Positions 38,015-48,778 of a stretch of DNA of 51,895 nucleotides are shown piece by piece. The notes under the pieces were generated by a model. That model did not search any database and was not told where the DNA came from. It was given only the letters and a program-made list of their open reading frames with translations. Every line of letters begins with the position of its first letter. The first letter of the stretch is position 1. Location: the NCBI GenBank assembly GCA_900551775.1, contig URXI01000001.1, forward strand, positions 1 through 51,895, written 5' to 3'. The translations under genes and the position numbers were made by a program. The DNA comes from an uncultured Eubacterium sp. (GTDB lineage Bacteria > Bacillota > Clostridia > Peptostreptococcales > Anaerovoracaceae).

Positions 38015-39220
38015 ATGAAAGATTTTAAATTTAACACGATTCAAGAAGCCTTAGAGGATTTGCGCCAGGGAAAGATCGTCCTCTGTACAGACGATCCCGA
38101 CAGAGAAAACGAGGGTGATTTTATCTGCAGCGCAGAGGCCGCCACCACAGAAAACGTAAACTTCATGGCCATGTACGGCAAGGGGCTGATCTGTATGCCT
38201 ATGAGCGAAAAAATCTGCCGCAGGCTGCAGCTCCCACAGATGGTGGAAGAGAATACTGACAACCACAGCACTGCTTTTACCGTCTCCATCGACCACGTCG
38301 ATACGACCACCGGCATTTCAGCCGAAGAGAGAGGCCTCACTGCCAGAAAGTGCGTCGACCAGGATGCAAAGCCAGAGGATTTCAGACGCCCCGGCCACAT
38401 GTTCCCCCTTCTTGCCAAAAGAAACGGCGTTTTAGAGCGGAACGGCCATACCGAAGCAACCGTGGATCTGATGCGCCTTGCTGGTCTTGAAGAATGCGGC
38501 CTTTGCTGCGAAATCATGAGAGACGACGGCACCATGATGCGCACGCCCGAACTGAAAGAACTGGCCACCAAGCATGGCATCAAATTCATCACCATCAAAG
38601 ACCTGCAGGAGTACAGGAAGATGCACGACCAACTGGTAGAATGCGTCGCCATTACCAAGCTGCCGACAAAATACGGCAACTTCATGGCACACGGTTATGT
38701 GAACAAGCTCAACGGGGAACACCATATCGCCCTGGTCAAGGGAGATATCACAGATGGACAGGATCTGCTCTGCCGCGTGCATTCTGAATGTCTGACAGGA
38801 GATGCCTTTGGCTCCACCAAATGCGACTGCGGACAGCAGCTTGCCGCCGCTTTGACCCAGATTGAAAAAGAAGGCAGAGGCATTCTGCTCTACATGCGCC
38901 AGGAAGGCAGAGGCATCGGCCTGATCAACAAACTGAAGGCTTACGAGCTGCAGGATCAGGGAATGGATACCCTGGAAGCTAATCTTGCCTTGGGTTTTGC
39001 CGGAGATCTGCGGGAATACTACATCGGTGCACAAATTCTCAAAGACCTGGGTGCAAAGACACTCCGCCTGCTGACCAACAACCCGCAGAAGGTCTACGAG
39101 CTAAAAGAGTTCGGCATGGAAATTACCAAACGAGTGCCGATTGAAATGCCCGCTACCACTCACGATCTCTTCTACCTGAAGACCAAACAGGAAAAAATGG
39201 GTCATATCTTAAATTATTAA
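38015..39220 (+). CDS. ribBA: DHBP synthase / GTP cyclohydrolase II
   Basis: [22 protein letters not shown] and QEGRGIGL motifs. Confidence 0.97.
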   Translation: MKDFKFNTIQEALEDLRQGKIVLCTDDPDRENEGDFICSAEAATTENVNFMAMYGKGLICMPMSEKICRRLQLPQMVEENTDNHSTAFTVSIDHVDTTTGISAEERGLTARKCVDQDAKPEDFRRPGHMFPLLAKRNGVLERNGHTEATVDLMRLAGLEECGLCCEIMRDDGTMMRTPELKELATKHGIKFITIKDLQEYRKMHDQLVECVAITKLPTKYGNFMAHGYVNKLNGEHHIALVKGDITDGQDLLCRVHSECLTGDAFGSTKCDCGQQLAAALTQIEKEGRGILLYMRQEGRGIGLINKLKAYELQDQGMDTLEANLALGFAGDLREYYIGAQILKDLGAKTLRLLTNNPQKVYELKEFGMEITKRVPIEMPATTHDLFYLKTKQEKMGHILNY

Positions 39221-39236
39221 TCCGGAGGTAAACAAA

Positions 39237-39704
39237 ATGAAAGTATATGAAGGAAAATTAGTATCGAAAGAAATCAAGATCGGCATTGTCTGTGCCAGAT
39301 TCAACGAATTCATCGTAGCCAAACTGCTGGGCGGCGCTTTAGATGGTCTGAAACGTCACGGCGTCATGGAAGAGCAGATCGAAGTGGCATGGTGTCCAGG
39401 GGCTTTTGAAATTCCGCTCGTTGCTCAGAAAATGGTTGGCAGCAAAAAATATGACGCCGTCATTTGCCTGGGCGCCGTCATACGAGGAAACACTTCGCAC
39501 TACGATTTCGTCTGTGCTGAAGTATCCAAAGGCATCGCATCCGTCTCCCTGAGCGCTGACATGCCCGTCATGTTCGGCATTCTCACAACAGACAATATCG
39601 AACAAGCAATTGAAAGAGCCGGCACAAAAGCCGGTAACAAAGGCTACGACTGTGCAGTAGGTGCCATTGAGATGGTGAACCTGATCAGAGAAATCGAAAT
39701 GTAA
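39237..39704 (+). CDS. ribH: 6,7-dimethyl-8-ribityllumazine synthase
   Basis: [26 protein letters not shown] and KAGNKG motifs. Confidence 0.97.
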   Translation: MKVYEGKLVSKEIKIGIVCARFNEFIVAKLLGGALDGLKRHGVMEEQIEVAWCPGAFEIPLVAQKMVGSKKYDAVICLGAVIRGNTSHYDFVCAEVSKGIASVSLSADMPVMFGILTTDNIEQAIERAGTKAGNKGYDCAVGAIEMVNLIREIEM

Positions 39705-39711
39705 GGTCTCT

Positions 39712-40938
39712 TTAGAGAAGATGGTAAGGCAGAAGATAATCTTTCTCGTTGATCCGTTTGATTTCTTTACAAGTACATATGATACCGCCGTCGCCCCTGA
39801 CGATTGATTTTCCTTCTAGAAAGTGGAACTTTCTCGTGTCTGATTCCGCAGGGGCTGCGGCCTTTTTTATGTCGAAGGGGTGCACCACGCTGCCTTTCAC
39901 GATGACAGCATCGACTTCTATGGTGCTGGAGTTTCGAAAATAACAAAGCTTGACATCCTCAGATCTGTTGGCTAAACACTTTACCAATTCCATGATAACG
40001 AAGTTTTCAAAATAATCGCCGCTCTCTTTACCTCTCATCAGTTCTTTCGGCGTTTTCCAATTAGAAATATAGGAACAAAAACCCGTATCTGTAAAGTACA
40101 GCTTCGGCTTTTTGATCAGCAGCCTCGATTCGTCGTTTTCATAGGTTTCCAGCAGATAGATAATTCCCATATCTATCAAGATGTTCAGCCAGCTGATGGC
40201 CGTTGGAGCGGAGATTCCAGCAGCCAATGCCAGCCTTCTCACTGACAGAACCCTGCAGATATTGACAGCACAGGCAGCCAGAAAATCACTGACTTCTGCC
40301 GGACGATGGATTTTTCTATTCAGCCCTATCTGATACATCACACTTTCATAGAAATAATGCCAAAAATACTTTGCCTTGTCATCCTGCCCGATGTCCTTCA
40401 TCTTTGGCAGACCACCCTGCCAGATACTGCGAAAAGTACCCAGCGCGCTTTGCTGCGGCATGTACTGCTCTCTGCTTTTCATCGACTCATAGGTAAAATC
40501 AAGAGAAGACGGCATTGCGATTCCCTCTTTCTCCCATATAGAAAGGCCATACATCTCCAAAACGACTGCATTCTCACCCATGATCTTCTTAAACTGCTCT
40601 ATAAATGAAGCCTTTGGCTGGCAGGCCAGCCAGAACAGCCCCGTTTCTTCGCTGTGATCACAGATTTCTTTTATTTTATGTAAGATGGAAGGCGCAAAAT
40701 GCAATTCGTCGATGATGATAGGAAGTCTGAAAATTTCGAAGAACAAATCAGGTTCAGTATCTGCCAATGTACGCGGGTGCAGATCGTCCAGCGATACATA
40801 CATCCGTTTTTCTCCCTGCGATAGATGTCTCATCATAGTAGTCTTGCCAATCTGGTCCGCTCCGACGACTAGAACGGCCTTATGTGTCCGGCTTGCTTCC
40901 AGAAAAGCATCTTCTATGCTTCTTTTGATATACTCCAT
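39712..40938 (-). CDS. AAA_14 / DUF4143 ATPase (divergent)
   Basis: GADQIGKTT, IIIDE, GGLP, KKPKLYFTDTG, FENFV and EVDAV motifs. Confidence 0.85.
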   Translation of the reverse strand: MEYIKRSIEDAFLEASRTHKAVLVVGADQIGKTTMMRHLSQGEKRMYVSLDDLHPRTLADTEPDLFFEIFRLPIIIDELHFAPSILHKIKEICDHSEETGLFWLACQPKASFIEQFKKIMGENAVVLEMYGLSIWEKEGIAMPSSLDFTYESMKSREQYMPQQSALGTFRSIWQGGLPKMKDIGQDDKAKYFWHYFYESVMYQIGLNRKIHRPAEVSDFLAACAVNICRVLSVRRLALAAGISAPTAISWLNILIDMGIIYLLETYENDESRLLIKKPKLYFTDTGFCSYISNWKTPKELMRGKESGDYFENFVIMELVKCLANRSEDVKLCYFRNSSTIEVDAVIVKGSVVHPFDIKKAAAPAESDTRKFHFLEGKSIVRGDGGIICTCKEIKRINEKDYLLPYHLL

Positions 40939-41138
40939 CTGTCCTCCTCTCCAGAATAAGTCCCAAATATCTATAATATTGAAAGAAATAAAGACCCTGT
41001 GTCAGAGCTGCGTCTGGCACAAGGTCTTTCTCATGTTGAGATATTAAAAGCGGCGCAAAGCTCTCATCAGCTCTTATAAAGCTCGTCTATAGATTTCCAG
41101 AACCTGGCTTCCAGTCAATGGAACATAAGTGTCAGTAT

Positions 41139-42878
41139 TTATATCAGCTGCAGCTCTGTAAGTTCTGATAAAATCTGCTCCATTTCGTCATTACGTTTCG
41201 TCTTCGCCGTCGTCGTCTTGATCGTAGGTTTATCAGAAAGGAAGTATTTTTTCACCATCTTATAGGCTGGCATACCTGCGTTGATTTCTGTCATGTCTTT
41301 TTCGAACTGTTCCTGCAGCTGCTCAAAGGTCATATCATTTTCGGTCAGGTAATTCTTGTCGTAGACGACCTTTGCCCACAAGACGAAATCGTTAGTCTTC
41401 TCCCTCGTAAAGACCATGCTCTCCTCCACATACGGCAGCACGTTGATCAAATTTTCTATTTCTTCCGGGAAGACATTCTTTCCGTTCTTCATGACGATGA
41501 CATTTTTCTTACGGCCACAGATGAAAAGATAGCCGTCTTCATCAAAATATGCCAGATCCCCCGTATAAAACCAGCCGTCTTTGATGACCTCGTCGGTCGC
41601 TTCCTGATTATCATAATAACCCAGCATCACGTTATCGCCGCGGACGATCAGTTCACCGATGCCCTCTTCGTTCGGTTCGATAATTTTTCCCTCTACGTTA
41701 GGCATCAGCTTACCCGTGGAGCCCGGCTTGAGATAGCGGTAGGTTTCGCTGGAAATGGTCGGCGAGGTCTCTGTCAGTCCATATCCCTGCACCGTCAAAA
41801 TTCCAAAATCATTCAGACCCTTTGATACGACTGGATCCAGTGCCGCAGCGCCGTTGATGATGAAGCGCATCCTGCCGCCCAGCTGATCGATGATCGGCTT
41901 GAACAGTCTTCTTCTGAGGTTGATACCCACCTTTTCACTGGCAGCACAGATCTTTTGGGCAAACTGGATTTTGCTCTCCATGCCCTGGGCCTCAATGGCT
42001 TTGTTGATCTTCTTGTACATACTTTCCAGGAGAAGCGGCACGCTCATGATCACCGATACGCCGTATTCTTTCATGTTCATGGTGATGTACTTGAGTCCCT
42101 CGCAGAAACAGTTCTTCATACCTTGTGAGAGGAAGGTCAGAAGTCCTGACATGCCATAGCAATGGTGAAGAGGTAGAATCATCATATTGACGTCATCCGG
42201 GAAGAACAGCTCTTCGCAGTTCATGCCGTAATTGCAGCTCATGAAATTTCTATGTGAAAGCATGACGGCTTTGGACTGCTGTGTCGTCCCCGATGTGAAC
42301 AGCAGAAAACCCAGGGCGTCAGGATCGATTTCTGCATCCAGATACCTGCGGTCGCCGCTTTCAACCAATTTCTGTCCCATGTCGATCAAATCGATCATCT
42401 CTACGCCGATCTCCGACTGGAAATCCATGGCGATCAAAAGAGAGAGGTTCGTCGTCTTATCTGTGTAAATCTGTTCAATCACTTTCGATTGCTTCTTGTC
42501 GTAGAAGATGACTTCTGCATTGCTCCTGTTGAGACAGCTTTCCAGTTCTTCTTTCTGGAGCCCCTTGTCGAGAGGAACCACTACACCAGCTCCGCAGCCG
42601 GCAGTAAAGTAGGAAAGGCACCAGTGGTAGCTGTTCTCACCGATGACAGCGATCCGCTTATCCTTGTACCCCTTTTCTATCAGTGCCGTACCCAGATAAC
42701 CCATGGTTTCAAACATGTTTGCGTAAGTGGTATTGATATAGTTTACCTCTTTGGTCGCCTTATCTTTGATCTTCGTGACAAAAGCCACCTTGTCCCCGTA
42801 CTTCTCTGCGGAAGTTCTGAGCAGTTCACGCAGATCGCGGAACTCATAAAATTTCTTTTCTAACTTGTAATCTTTCAT
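41139..42878 (-). CDS. AMP-dependent long-chain acyl-CoA synthetase
   Basis: FTSGTTQQSKAVMLSH, QGYGLTETSP, WFYTGDL and GRKKNVIV motifs. Confidence 0.92.
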   Translation of the reverse strand: MKDYKLEKKFYEFRDLRELLRTSAEKYGDKVAFVTKIKDKATKEVNYINTTYANMFETMGYLGTALIEKGYKDKRIAVIGENSYHWCLSYFTAGCGAGVVVPLDKGLQKEELESCLNRSNAEVIFYDKKQSKVIEQIYTDKTTNLSLLIAMDFQSEIGVEMIDLIDMGQKLVESGDRRYLDAEIDPDALGFLLFTSGTTQQSKAVMLSHRNFMSCNYGMNCEELFFPDDVNMMILPLHHCYGMSGLLTFLSQGMKNCFCEGLKYITMNMKEYGVSVIMSVPLLLESMYKKINKAIEAQGMESKIQFAQKICAASEKVGINLRRRLFKPIIDQLGGRMRFIINGAAALDPVVSKGLNDFGILTVQGYGLTETSPTISSETYRYLKPGSTGKLMPNVEGKIIEPNEEGIGELIVRGDNVMLGYYDNQEATDEVIKDGWFYTGDLAYFDEDGYLFICGRKKNVIVMKNGKNVFPEEIENLINVLPYVEESMVFTREKTNDFVLWAKVVYDKNYLTENDMTFEQLQEQFEKDMTEINAGMPAYKMVKKYFLSDKPTIKTTTAKTKRNDEMEQILSELTELQLI

Positions 42879-42995
42879 TGATTCAACCTCTGTGATATAA
42901 ATTTACCCATCCTTCAGTCTCTTTGAACAGACAGTCGAAGGTTTCTTTCCATACTAATAGAGTACCATTTCGAAGGTCCCCTGTCAATTTTTAAG

Positions 42996-43658
42996 TCATT
43001 CTTTGATGACAACACCGAGAAGTTTTGCAAGTTCTGCTGCCTGGTAGACGTTTACAATCGCCCCTTTCAGCTCATTGCTTTCTGTCGATATGCTGATTCC
43101 TTCCAAAATACAGGTCGAAAAATCAAGATTTCTGAGAGGTGTTTTAAAAAATTCTGTGTTGATAAACTGGGAGTTCTCTAAAATCACTTGTTTTAAAGAA
43201 CAAGAGGCGAAGAATGCCTCTGATAAATCACTTTCTCTGATTTCGCACTTCTCCAGCTTTGAAGAGGTGAAATTGACGTATTTCAGACTGCTTTCTACAA
43301 ATTCAGTATTGGAAATACTGCTCTCGCTAAAGTCGGCTCCTTTCATCTGACAGTTAGTGAACTTGCACTGATTTAACCAGCTATGAGAAAAATTGCAGCT
43401 CGGAAAAGCACATCCATCAAAGCATACGTTTTTAAAGGTACAGTTGAGAAGGGGGACGCCAGTAAAAGTGCAATGGTCAAAGAGAACATTCTCAAAAGTC
43501 AGTTGACTCAGGTCTTCCGCTTCTATCTCCTGGCCTTCTACTTTCAAATCTACAAGGTCGGTTTCTTCTTCCCTGCTGTATCTCACATAATTCTTCAAGT
43601 CGACAACTGATTCCATCTCTGCTGGCAGATTCGTACGTTTTATTCTAATCGTGGTCAT
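42996..43658 (-). CDS. Pentapeptide repeat protein
   Basis: Regular 5-residue periodicity with F/L at the central position (GADFS, YVNFT, EAFFA, NTEFF). Confidence 0.9.
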   Translation of the reverse strand: MTTIRIKRTNLPAEMESVVDLKNYVRYSREEETDLVDLKVEGQEIEAEDLSQLTFENVLFDHCTFTGVPLLNCTFKNVCFDGCAFPSCNFSHSWLNQCKFTNCQMKGADFSESSISNTEFVESSLKYVNFTSSKLEKCEIRESDLSEAFFASCSLKQVILENSQFINTEFFKTPLRNLDFSTCILEGISISTESNELKGAIVNVYQAAELAKLLGVVIKE

Positions 43659-43854
43659 TTTCTTCTCCTATGCTATATTATGATTATGCTCATTCTAATC
43701 CTTTGGGCAGGAAATATCAAGGAAGATTTTGCAGAGTTTCAGCTTTTCATCATCACTAAAATAACTTCTATTTACAGTTTATTATAATATTTTTTGCTTA
43801 AATATACAATAATGTAAATAGTATATCGGGGTTGTTGTGAAAGGAATTCGCATC

Positions 43855-44223
43855 ATGGATGATAGAGATAATGCATTTGAACTAAATTATGAAGCAATAG
43901 GACGCAGAATCAGAACTGCGCGTAAAGAAGAAAAACTGACTCAAGAAACTTTGGCGGAGAAAATGGATATCTCTGTCGCACATGTCAGTGGGATAGAAAA
44001 CGGAAACACAGGTATCGGCATTCAGACCCTTGTCAAAGCCTCTAATGTCCTGCATGTCTCCGTAGACTGGCTGCTCCATGACAATTTTGAGGACTACACG
44101 ATGAATTACGAGGCAGAAATCAGAAACATTCTCAGCGGTTGCAGTGATGTGCAAAAGAAAGCGCTGCTCGTTCTTTTAAAAAACAATCGAAAGGCATTGG
44201 ACGAATTAGAGGAAGAAGAATAG
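43855..44223 (+). CDS. XRE family HTH regulator (start likely ATG 43855)
   Basis: IGRRIRTARKEEKLTQETLAE...VSGIENG...VSVDWLL. Confidence 0.9.
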   Translation: MDDRDNAFELNYEAIGRRIRTARKEEKLTQETLAEKMDISVAHVSGIENGNTGIGIQTLVKASNVLHVSVDWLLHDNFEDYTMNYEAEIRNILSGCSDVQKKALLVLLKNNRKALDELEEEE

Positions 44224-44362
44224 GTTCTGTTACAAAATAAAGGCGATCTCCAGTCCTTGGAGGTTGCTTTTAAATTTTTTGCTATTGCACAAATGACCTC
44301 CCATGGGATATAATTTTTAAATATGGAAAATGTCGAATGATAGATCATTTTAGGAGGAACAA

Positions 44363-45283
44363 ATGAAAAAGATAACAGCGGTTTTTCTAATCACAGTTTT
44401 AACTTTCGCCTTTACGGCATGTGGTTCTGGCGGAGAAGACGGCAAAGCAGATGGAACAGCAAACTCTTTTCCAATGACAGTGACAGACTATCTGGGTACG
44501 GAAATGGAATTTGCTGAAGCGCCACAGCGTATCGCTTCTCTGTCGCCAAGCTGCACCGAAATCCTTTTTAAACTGGGGCTGGGCGATAAAGTCGTTGGCG
44601 TTTCCAACTGGTGTACTTACCCGGCGGCAGCACAGTCCATCGAAAAAATCGGAGATACCAACAGCGGTAATGTAGAGAAAATCATAGAACTCGACGCTGA
44701 CGTGGTCTTTGTATCAGGTCAGACAGCGGCAGACTCTGTCTCTGCCTTAAACGAAGCAGGCATCAACGTCTACTCTATCGGTGCAAAGGATCTTGAAGGG
44801 ATTTATAAAGGAATCAACGATGTCGGCCAGATTACAGGCACTAGCGAAAAGGCGGCAGAAATCGTAGACGGCATGAAAAAAGAAGCAGAAGAAATAAAAA
44901 CGGAATTTGCCAAATATGATACAAAAAGTGTCTTCATCGACCTGGGCGACCTATATTCTACAAGCAAAGAAGATTATCTGGGGAACAGCCTTGATCTGAT
45001 CAATGCGAAGAACATCGCTTTGGACTTCGATTACAGTTCACCGCAGCTTTCTGCCGAAAAAGTCATCGAAGAGAACCCGCAGGTTTATCTCTGTTTCTCA
45101 TCAAAGAAGGAGTTCGTAGAACCAGACGGATTCGACCAGATCGCTGCCTTTAAAAATAAAGAAGTATATTTCATCCCTTACGAAGATCCGACCATGGACA
45201 AGATCACTCGGAACGGTCCACGATTCCTGGAAGGTTTGAAAACTCTGGGAGAATTGATACATACAGGAAAGTTGGACAATTAA
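44363..45283 (+). CDS. ABC substrate-binding lipoprotein (BtuF/siderophore type)
   Basis: Lipobox FTAC; PQRIASLSPSCTEILFKLGLGDKVVGV; GPRF. Confidence 0.9.
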   Translation: MKKITAVFLITVLTFAFTACGSGGEDGKADGTANSFPMTVTDYLGTEMEFAEAPQRIASLSPSCTEILFKLGLGDKVVGVSNWCTYPAAAQSIEKIGDTNSGNVEKIIELDADVVFVSGQTAADSVSALNEAGINVYSIGAKDLEGIYKGINDVGQITGTSEKAAEIVDGMKKEAEEIKTEFAKYDTKSVFIDLGDLYSTSKEDYLGNSLDLINAKNIALDFDYSSPQLSAEKVIEENPQVYLCFSSKKEFVEPDGFDQIAAFKNKEVYFIPYEDPTMDKITRNGPRFLEGLKTLGELIHTGKLDN

Positions 45284-45284
45284 T

Positions 45285-46313
45285 ATGAAAAAAAGATGGA
45301 TTGCTGCAACTTTACTTTCCTTGCTGTGTGTAGCAGCAGTAATCTTGGTATGTACTTTTTTTGGCGCAGCAGATATCACGATCAAAGATACCCTCATTGT
45401 ATTGGTCAATAAGACGACTGGCCTGCTTGGATCTGAAGCTGATGTCCTGGGAACCAAGGCGACGATCATATGGAACCTCCGCTTTCCAAGGAGCCTGCTG
45501 GCCTTTCTTGTCGGCGGCGCTCTCGCCCTATGCGGCGGTGTATACCAGGCGATTTTCAAGAATCCCATGGCGGATCCCTTTGTCCTTGGAATCTCTTCAG
45601 GGGCTGCCTTCGGTGCTACCATCGGCATCATTCTCGCCATACCTGCCAGCTTCATGGGGCTCAACACGATTTCCCTATTCGCTTTCGGTGGTGCCCTTTT
45701 AGCTATTTTCTTTGTATATAATATTGCCAAGGTCGGAAAGCAGGCCAACACCACCTCCCTGCTGCTCTGCGGCATCGCAGTCAATCAGCTGCTGACGGCA
45801 GTGATTTCTTTTGCCATGCTGCTTTCTGCCAACCAGATGAAGAAGATCTATTTCTGGACTTTAGGGAGTTTCTCCGCTAAGGGCTGGGATCACGTTCTGA
45901 GCGTCCTGCCCTATATTATCATCGGTCTGATCGTCATCACGATCTTTGCCAAAGAGCTGGATATCATCGTTCTCGGAGACGAGACCGCCATCCGCTTTGG
46001 CATCGACGTAGAAAAGAACAAGAGAATTCTCTTTGTCGTCACATCCCTGGTCATGGCAGCCTGTGTTTCCGTCAGCGGCATCATCGGCTTTGTCGGCCTG
46101 GTGTCGCCTCACATCGTCAGACTGATCTTCGGACCGACTCACAAAAAACTGCTGCCCATGTCCTTTCTGCTGGGCGGCATCGTCCTCTGTATCTGTGACA
46201 CCATTTCCAGAAGTATCATCACATCAGAGATTCCAGTGGGCATTGTTACGGCAATCATCGGCGCGCCATTCTTCATCTATCTGCTCAGGGCAAAGAATAC
46301 AGAGGTACTTTAA
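45285..46313 (+). CDS. FecCD/BtuC family permease
   Basis: LRFPR, FKNPMADPFVLGISSGAA, GIIGFVGL and EIPVG motifs. Confidence 0.93.
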   Translation: MKKRWIAATLLSLLCVAAVILVCTFFGAADITIKDTLIVLVNKTTGLLGSEADVLGTKATIIWNLRFPRSLLAFLVGGALALCGGVYQAIFKNPMADPFVLGISSGAAFGATIGIILAIPASFMGLNTISLFAFGGALLAIFFVYNIAKVGKQANTTSLLLCGIAVNQLLTAVISFAMLLSANQMKKIYFWTLGSFSAKGWDHVLSVLPYIIIGLIVITIFAKELDIIVLGDETAIRFGIDVEKNKRILFVVTSLVMAACVSVSGIIGFVGLVSPHIVRLIFGPTHKKLLPMSFLLGGIVLCICDTISRSIITSEIPVGIVTAIIGAPFFIYLLRAKNTEVL

Positions 46314-46315
46314 TT

Positions 46316-47560
46316 ATGGAAGAAATATTGAGATTTGAAAACGTGACCATTGGTTATGGTGAACGAGATATTATCAAAGACTTCTCCTGTTCTGTAAAGC
46401 GAGGAGAATTCGTCTCCCTGATCGGTCCCAACGGTTCGGGAAAATCTACTTTGATACATGCCATTACCGGCATCGTCGGCATCAAAAGCGGAAAGATTTA
46501 CATAGACGGAAGAGATAATGCGGCTCTGCCTGCAAAGGAACGGGCGCAGATCACCGCCGTCGTCCCGCAGACATTTCAAGCGAATTTTGCCTTCAAAGCC
46601 AAAGAAATCGTCGCCATGGGCAGGCATCCCTTTCTCAAGAGGATGCAATCTGAAACAGAGGAAGATTACAGACTGATCGACCAGGCCTTGGAACAGACTG
46701 GTACCCTGCATCTGCGGGAGCGGAAGATCACCCAGCTCTCTGGCGGCGAACGGCAGCGAATTATCATCTCAGCCGCTTTGGCGCAGCAGCCGCAGCTTTT
46801 GATCGTGGACGAACCGACCAATCATCTTGATATTCAGTACAATCTGGAAATCATGCAATTGATGCAGAAGTTGAACCGAGAGCAAGGCATCACTATTTTC
46901 GCTGTTCTTCACGATATCAACATGGCGGCTCGTTTTTCTGACAGAATTCTCGTTTTAAATGAGGGACAGAAAGTCAGAGACGGCAAAGTCAGCGAGGTCA
47001 TCCGCGAAGAGGTGTTAAAACCGGTTTACAAGATCGACCTGGTCGTCCGGGAAAATCCACTGACAGGCGCTTCGGAAATCGTACCCCTGCGCAGCAACAA
47101 GACAGCCCACCGGAAGAGTAACGGTAAGCGGATCCACATCATCTGCGGAGGCGGCAGCGGCAGTTACATCATCGAAGCCTTCCACAACAAAGGCTTTGAG
47201 GTCAGCTGTGGTGTACTGAATTCCAATGACAGCGATTATGAACTGTGCCGATCCCTGGGAATCAAGACCATTGCAGAGAAACCCTACTGCGAGATCAGCG
47301 GCGAATCCTTTGACGAGAACCTTGAAACCATTGAATCCGCGGATCTGATCGTTTTGACTGATGTAGATATCGGCAGAAGCAACCTGAAGAATATAGAAAT
47401 TTTAGAGCATCTCTCATCACAGAAGCTGTATATCGTGAGAGAAAATGCCTCAGATTATACAGGCGGTATCGGAGACAAAATCATCAACGCCCTCCTCAAC
47501 GAAGGAAGAGCGATTTCGCTGACTAAAAAAGAGTTAATAGTGATTTTAAATAAAGACTGA
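46316..47560 (+). CDS. FecE/BtuD family ATPase with C-terminal extension
   Basis: GPNGSGKST, LSGGERQR and DEPTNHLD; extra ~150 aa beginning IHIICGGGSG. Confidence 0.92.
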   Translation: MEEILRFENVTIGYGERDIIKDFSCSVKRGEFVSLIGPNGSGKSTLIHAITGIVGIKSGKIYIDGRDNAALPAKERAQITAVVPQTFQANFAFKAKEIVAMGRHPFLKRMQSETEEDYRLIDQALEQTGTLHLRERKITQLSGGERQRIIISAALAQQPQLLIVDEPTNHLDIQYNLEIMQLMQKLNREQGITIFAVLHDINMAARFSDRILVLNEGQKVRDGKVSEVIREEVLKPVYKIDLVVRENPLTGASEIVPLRSNKTAHRKSNGKRIHIICGGGSGSYIIEAFHNKGFEVSCGVLNSNDSDYELCRSLGIKTIAEKPYCEISGESFDENLETIESADLIVLTDVDIGRSNLKNIEILEHLSSQKLYIVRENASDYTGGIGDKIINALLNEGRAISLTKKELIVILNKD

Positions 47561-48010
47561 TTTTAGTCCCCGTAAGGCTGCACAAAAACTGATCGCGCAG
47601 AGAACTACTAGCAGGCATATCACCCACAGCAGGTTATGCGAGTGGACTTCTCCCTGTAACAGCAAGGTGCGCAAAATGTTGATTACGTGGGTGAGGGGAT
47701 TGAGATTGACTATTGTTTTCAGCGGACCTGTCAAGGTATCTCCTGGAAATAAGGCGGTGCTGAGAAAAAAGGCTGGCAGCACGACTGCATTCATGACAGT
47801 TTCGTAGATGACCTCGTTGGGCAGGCGCAGGCTGATTGCATAAGTCAGACCTGACATGAAAAAAGCTGTCAGGAATACAATCAGTACAATCAGCAGCATG
47901 CCGACAAAACCAGAAGCAATTCTCACAGAAAAGAAAAGCCCTGCCCCAAATAAAATACCTACGCACTGTATCAGTGGCAAACAGCTCCGGCAGACAGCTC
48001 CTTGCGTCAT
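47546..48010 (-). pseudogene. C-terminal fragment of an ABC-2 exporter permease
   Basis: LPAFFLSTALFP and NLNPLTHVINILR; N-terminal part absent, no SD. Confidence 0.65.
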
Positions 48011-48055
48011 TGGCAGAGGCCTGGTCTTCGAAAGACACTTTCAAAAAATTTTGCT

Positions 48056-48511
48056 TTAAATATCTGCGCAAATCTTTTGGGCTGCCCTGGGCAGCCTCCT
48101 TACCGCCTCTGCTGAACCCTGGGCAGTCAGGCGGCCCCGGGACAGAATGCCAATGGAATCGGCCAGGGCCTGAGCTTCCTCCAGATAATGGGTCGTCAAA
48201 AATATGGTCGTGCCAAAATCTCTGCGGATTTTCTTCATCATTATATGCATGGCCTGCCGCGACTGTAAATCCATACCCACTGTCGGTTCGTCCAAAAATA
48301 AAATCTTCGGATTGGACATCATGTTGAGAGCGATATCGAGACGTCGTTTGACACCGCCAGAGTATGAATTTACGGGATAATTTAAATACCGTTCCAGGCC
48401 AAAGGCGGCAATCAGAATTTTCATACGCGCCTCTGCTTCTGCCTTAGGTATCTTGTGCAGACGGCTTTGACTTGTGATTTCCTCGCTTTTGGTGCGCTCT
48501 TTTGTAAACAT
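48056..48511 (-). pseudogene. Internal fragment of a DrrA-like ABC ATPase lacking Walker A
   Basis: YSGGVKRRLDIA, FLDEPTVGMD and LTTHYLEEA present; no GxxGxGK(S/T). Confidence 0.72.
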
Positions 48512-48778
48512 TATTCTACCACAATCCGTCAGATACTAGCCAATCGGATAGAACAAAACCCGGTGATTTCCCTTGGGACGTTTTGCCAGCTGTTACGTAT
48601 ATCATTTTGATGGAAGAGCTGCTAAAAGCTTTGCCGGTGCTCTGTTACGCCCTGTTTGAAACTGCCATTCTTGTCTTATTAAAACAGCCCGGGCATAATG
48701 CTTAATCCAGCGTTACACCTGGGCTGTTTATGTTGTAAGAGCTATTCTTCTTTTTGAAATATCAATGGAAGCAAGGAA

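Noticed and set aside
42996..43658. Qnr/MfpA quinolone-resistance call
   Set aside because: Pentapeptide repeats alone do not establish function; no mobile context
48540..48730. TTTGCC...CTGTTACG short repeats and a 31-aa plus-strand ORF
   Set aside because: Short, irregular repeats and no SD; only the AAACAGCCCGGG/CCTGGGCTGTTT hairpin (probable terminator) is credible
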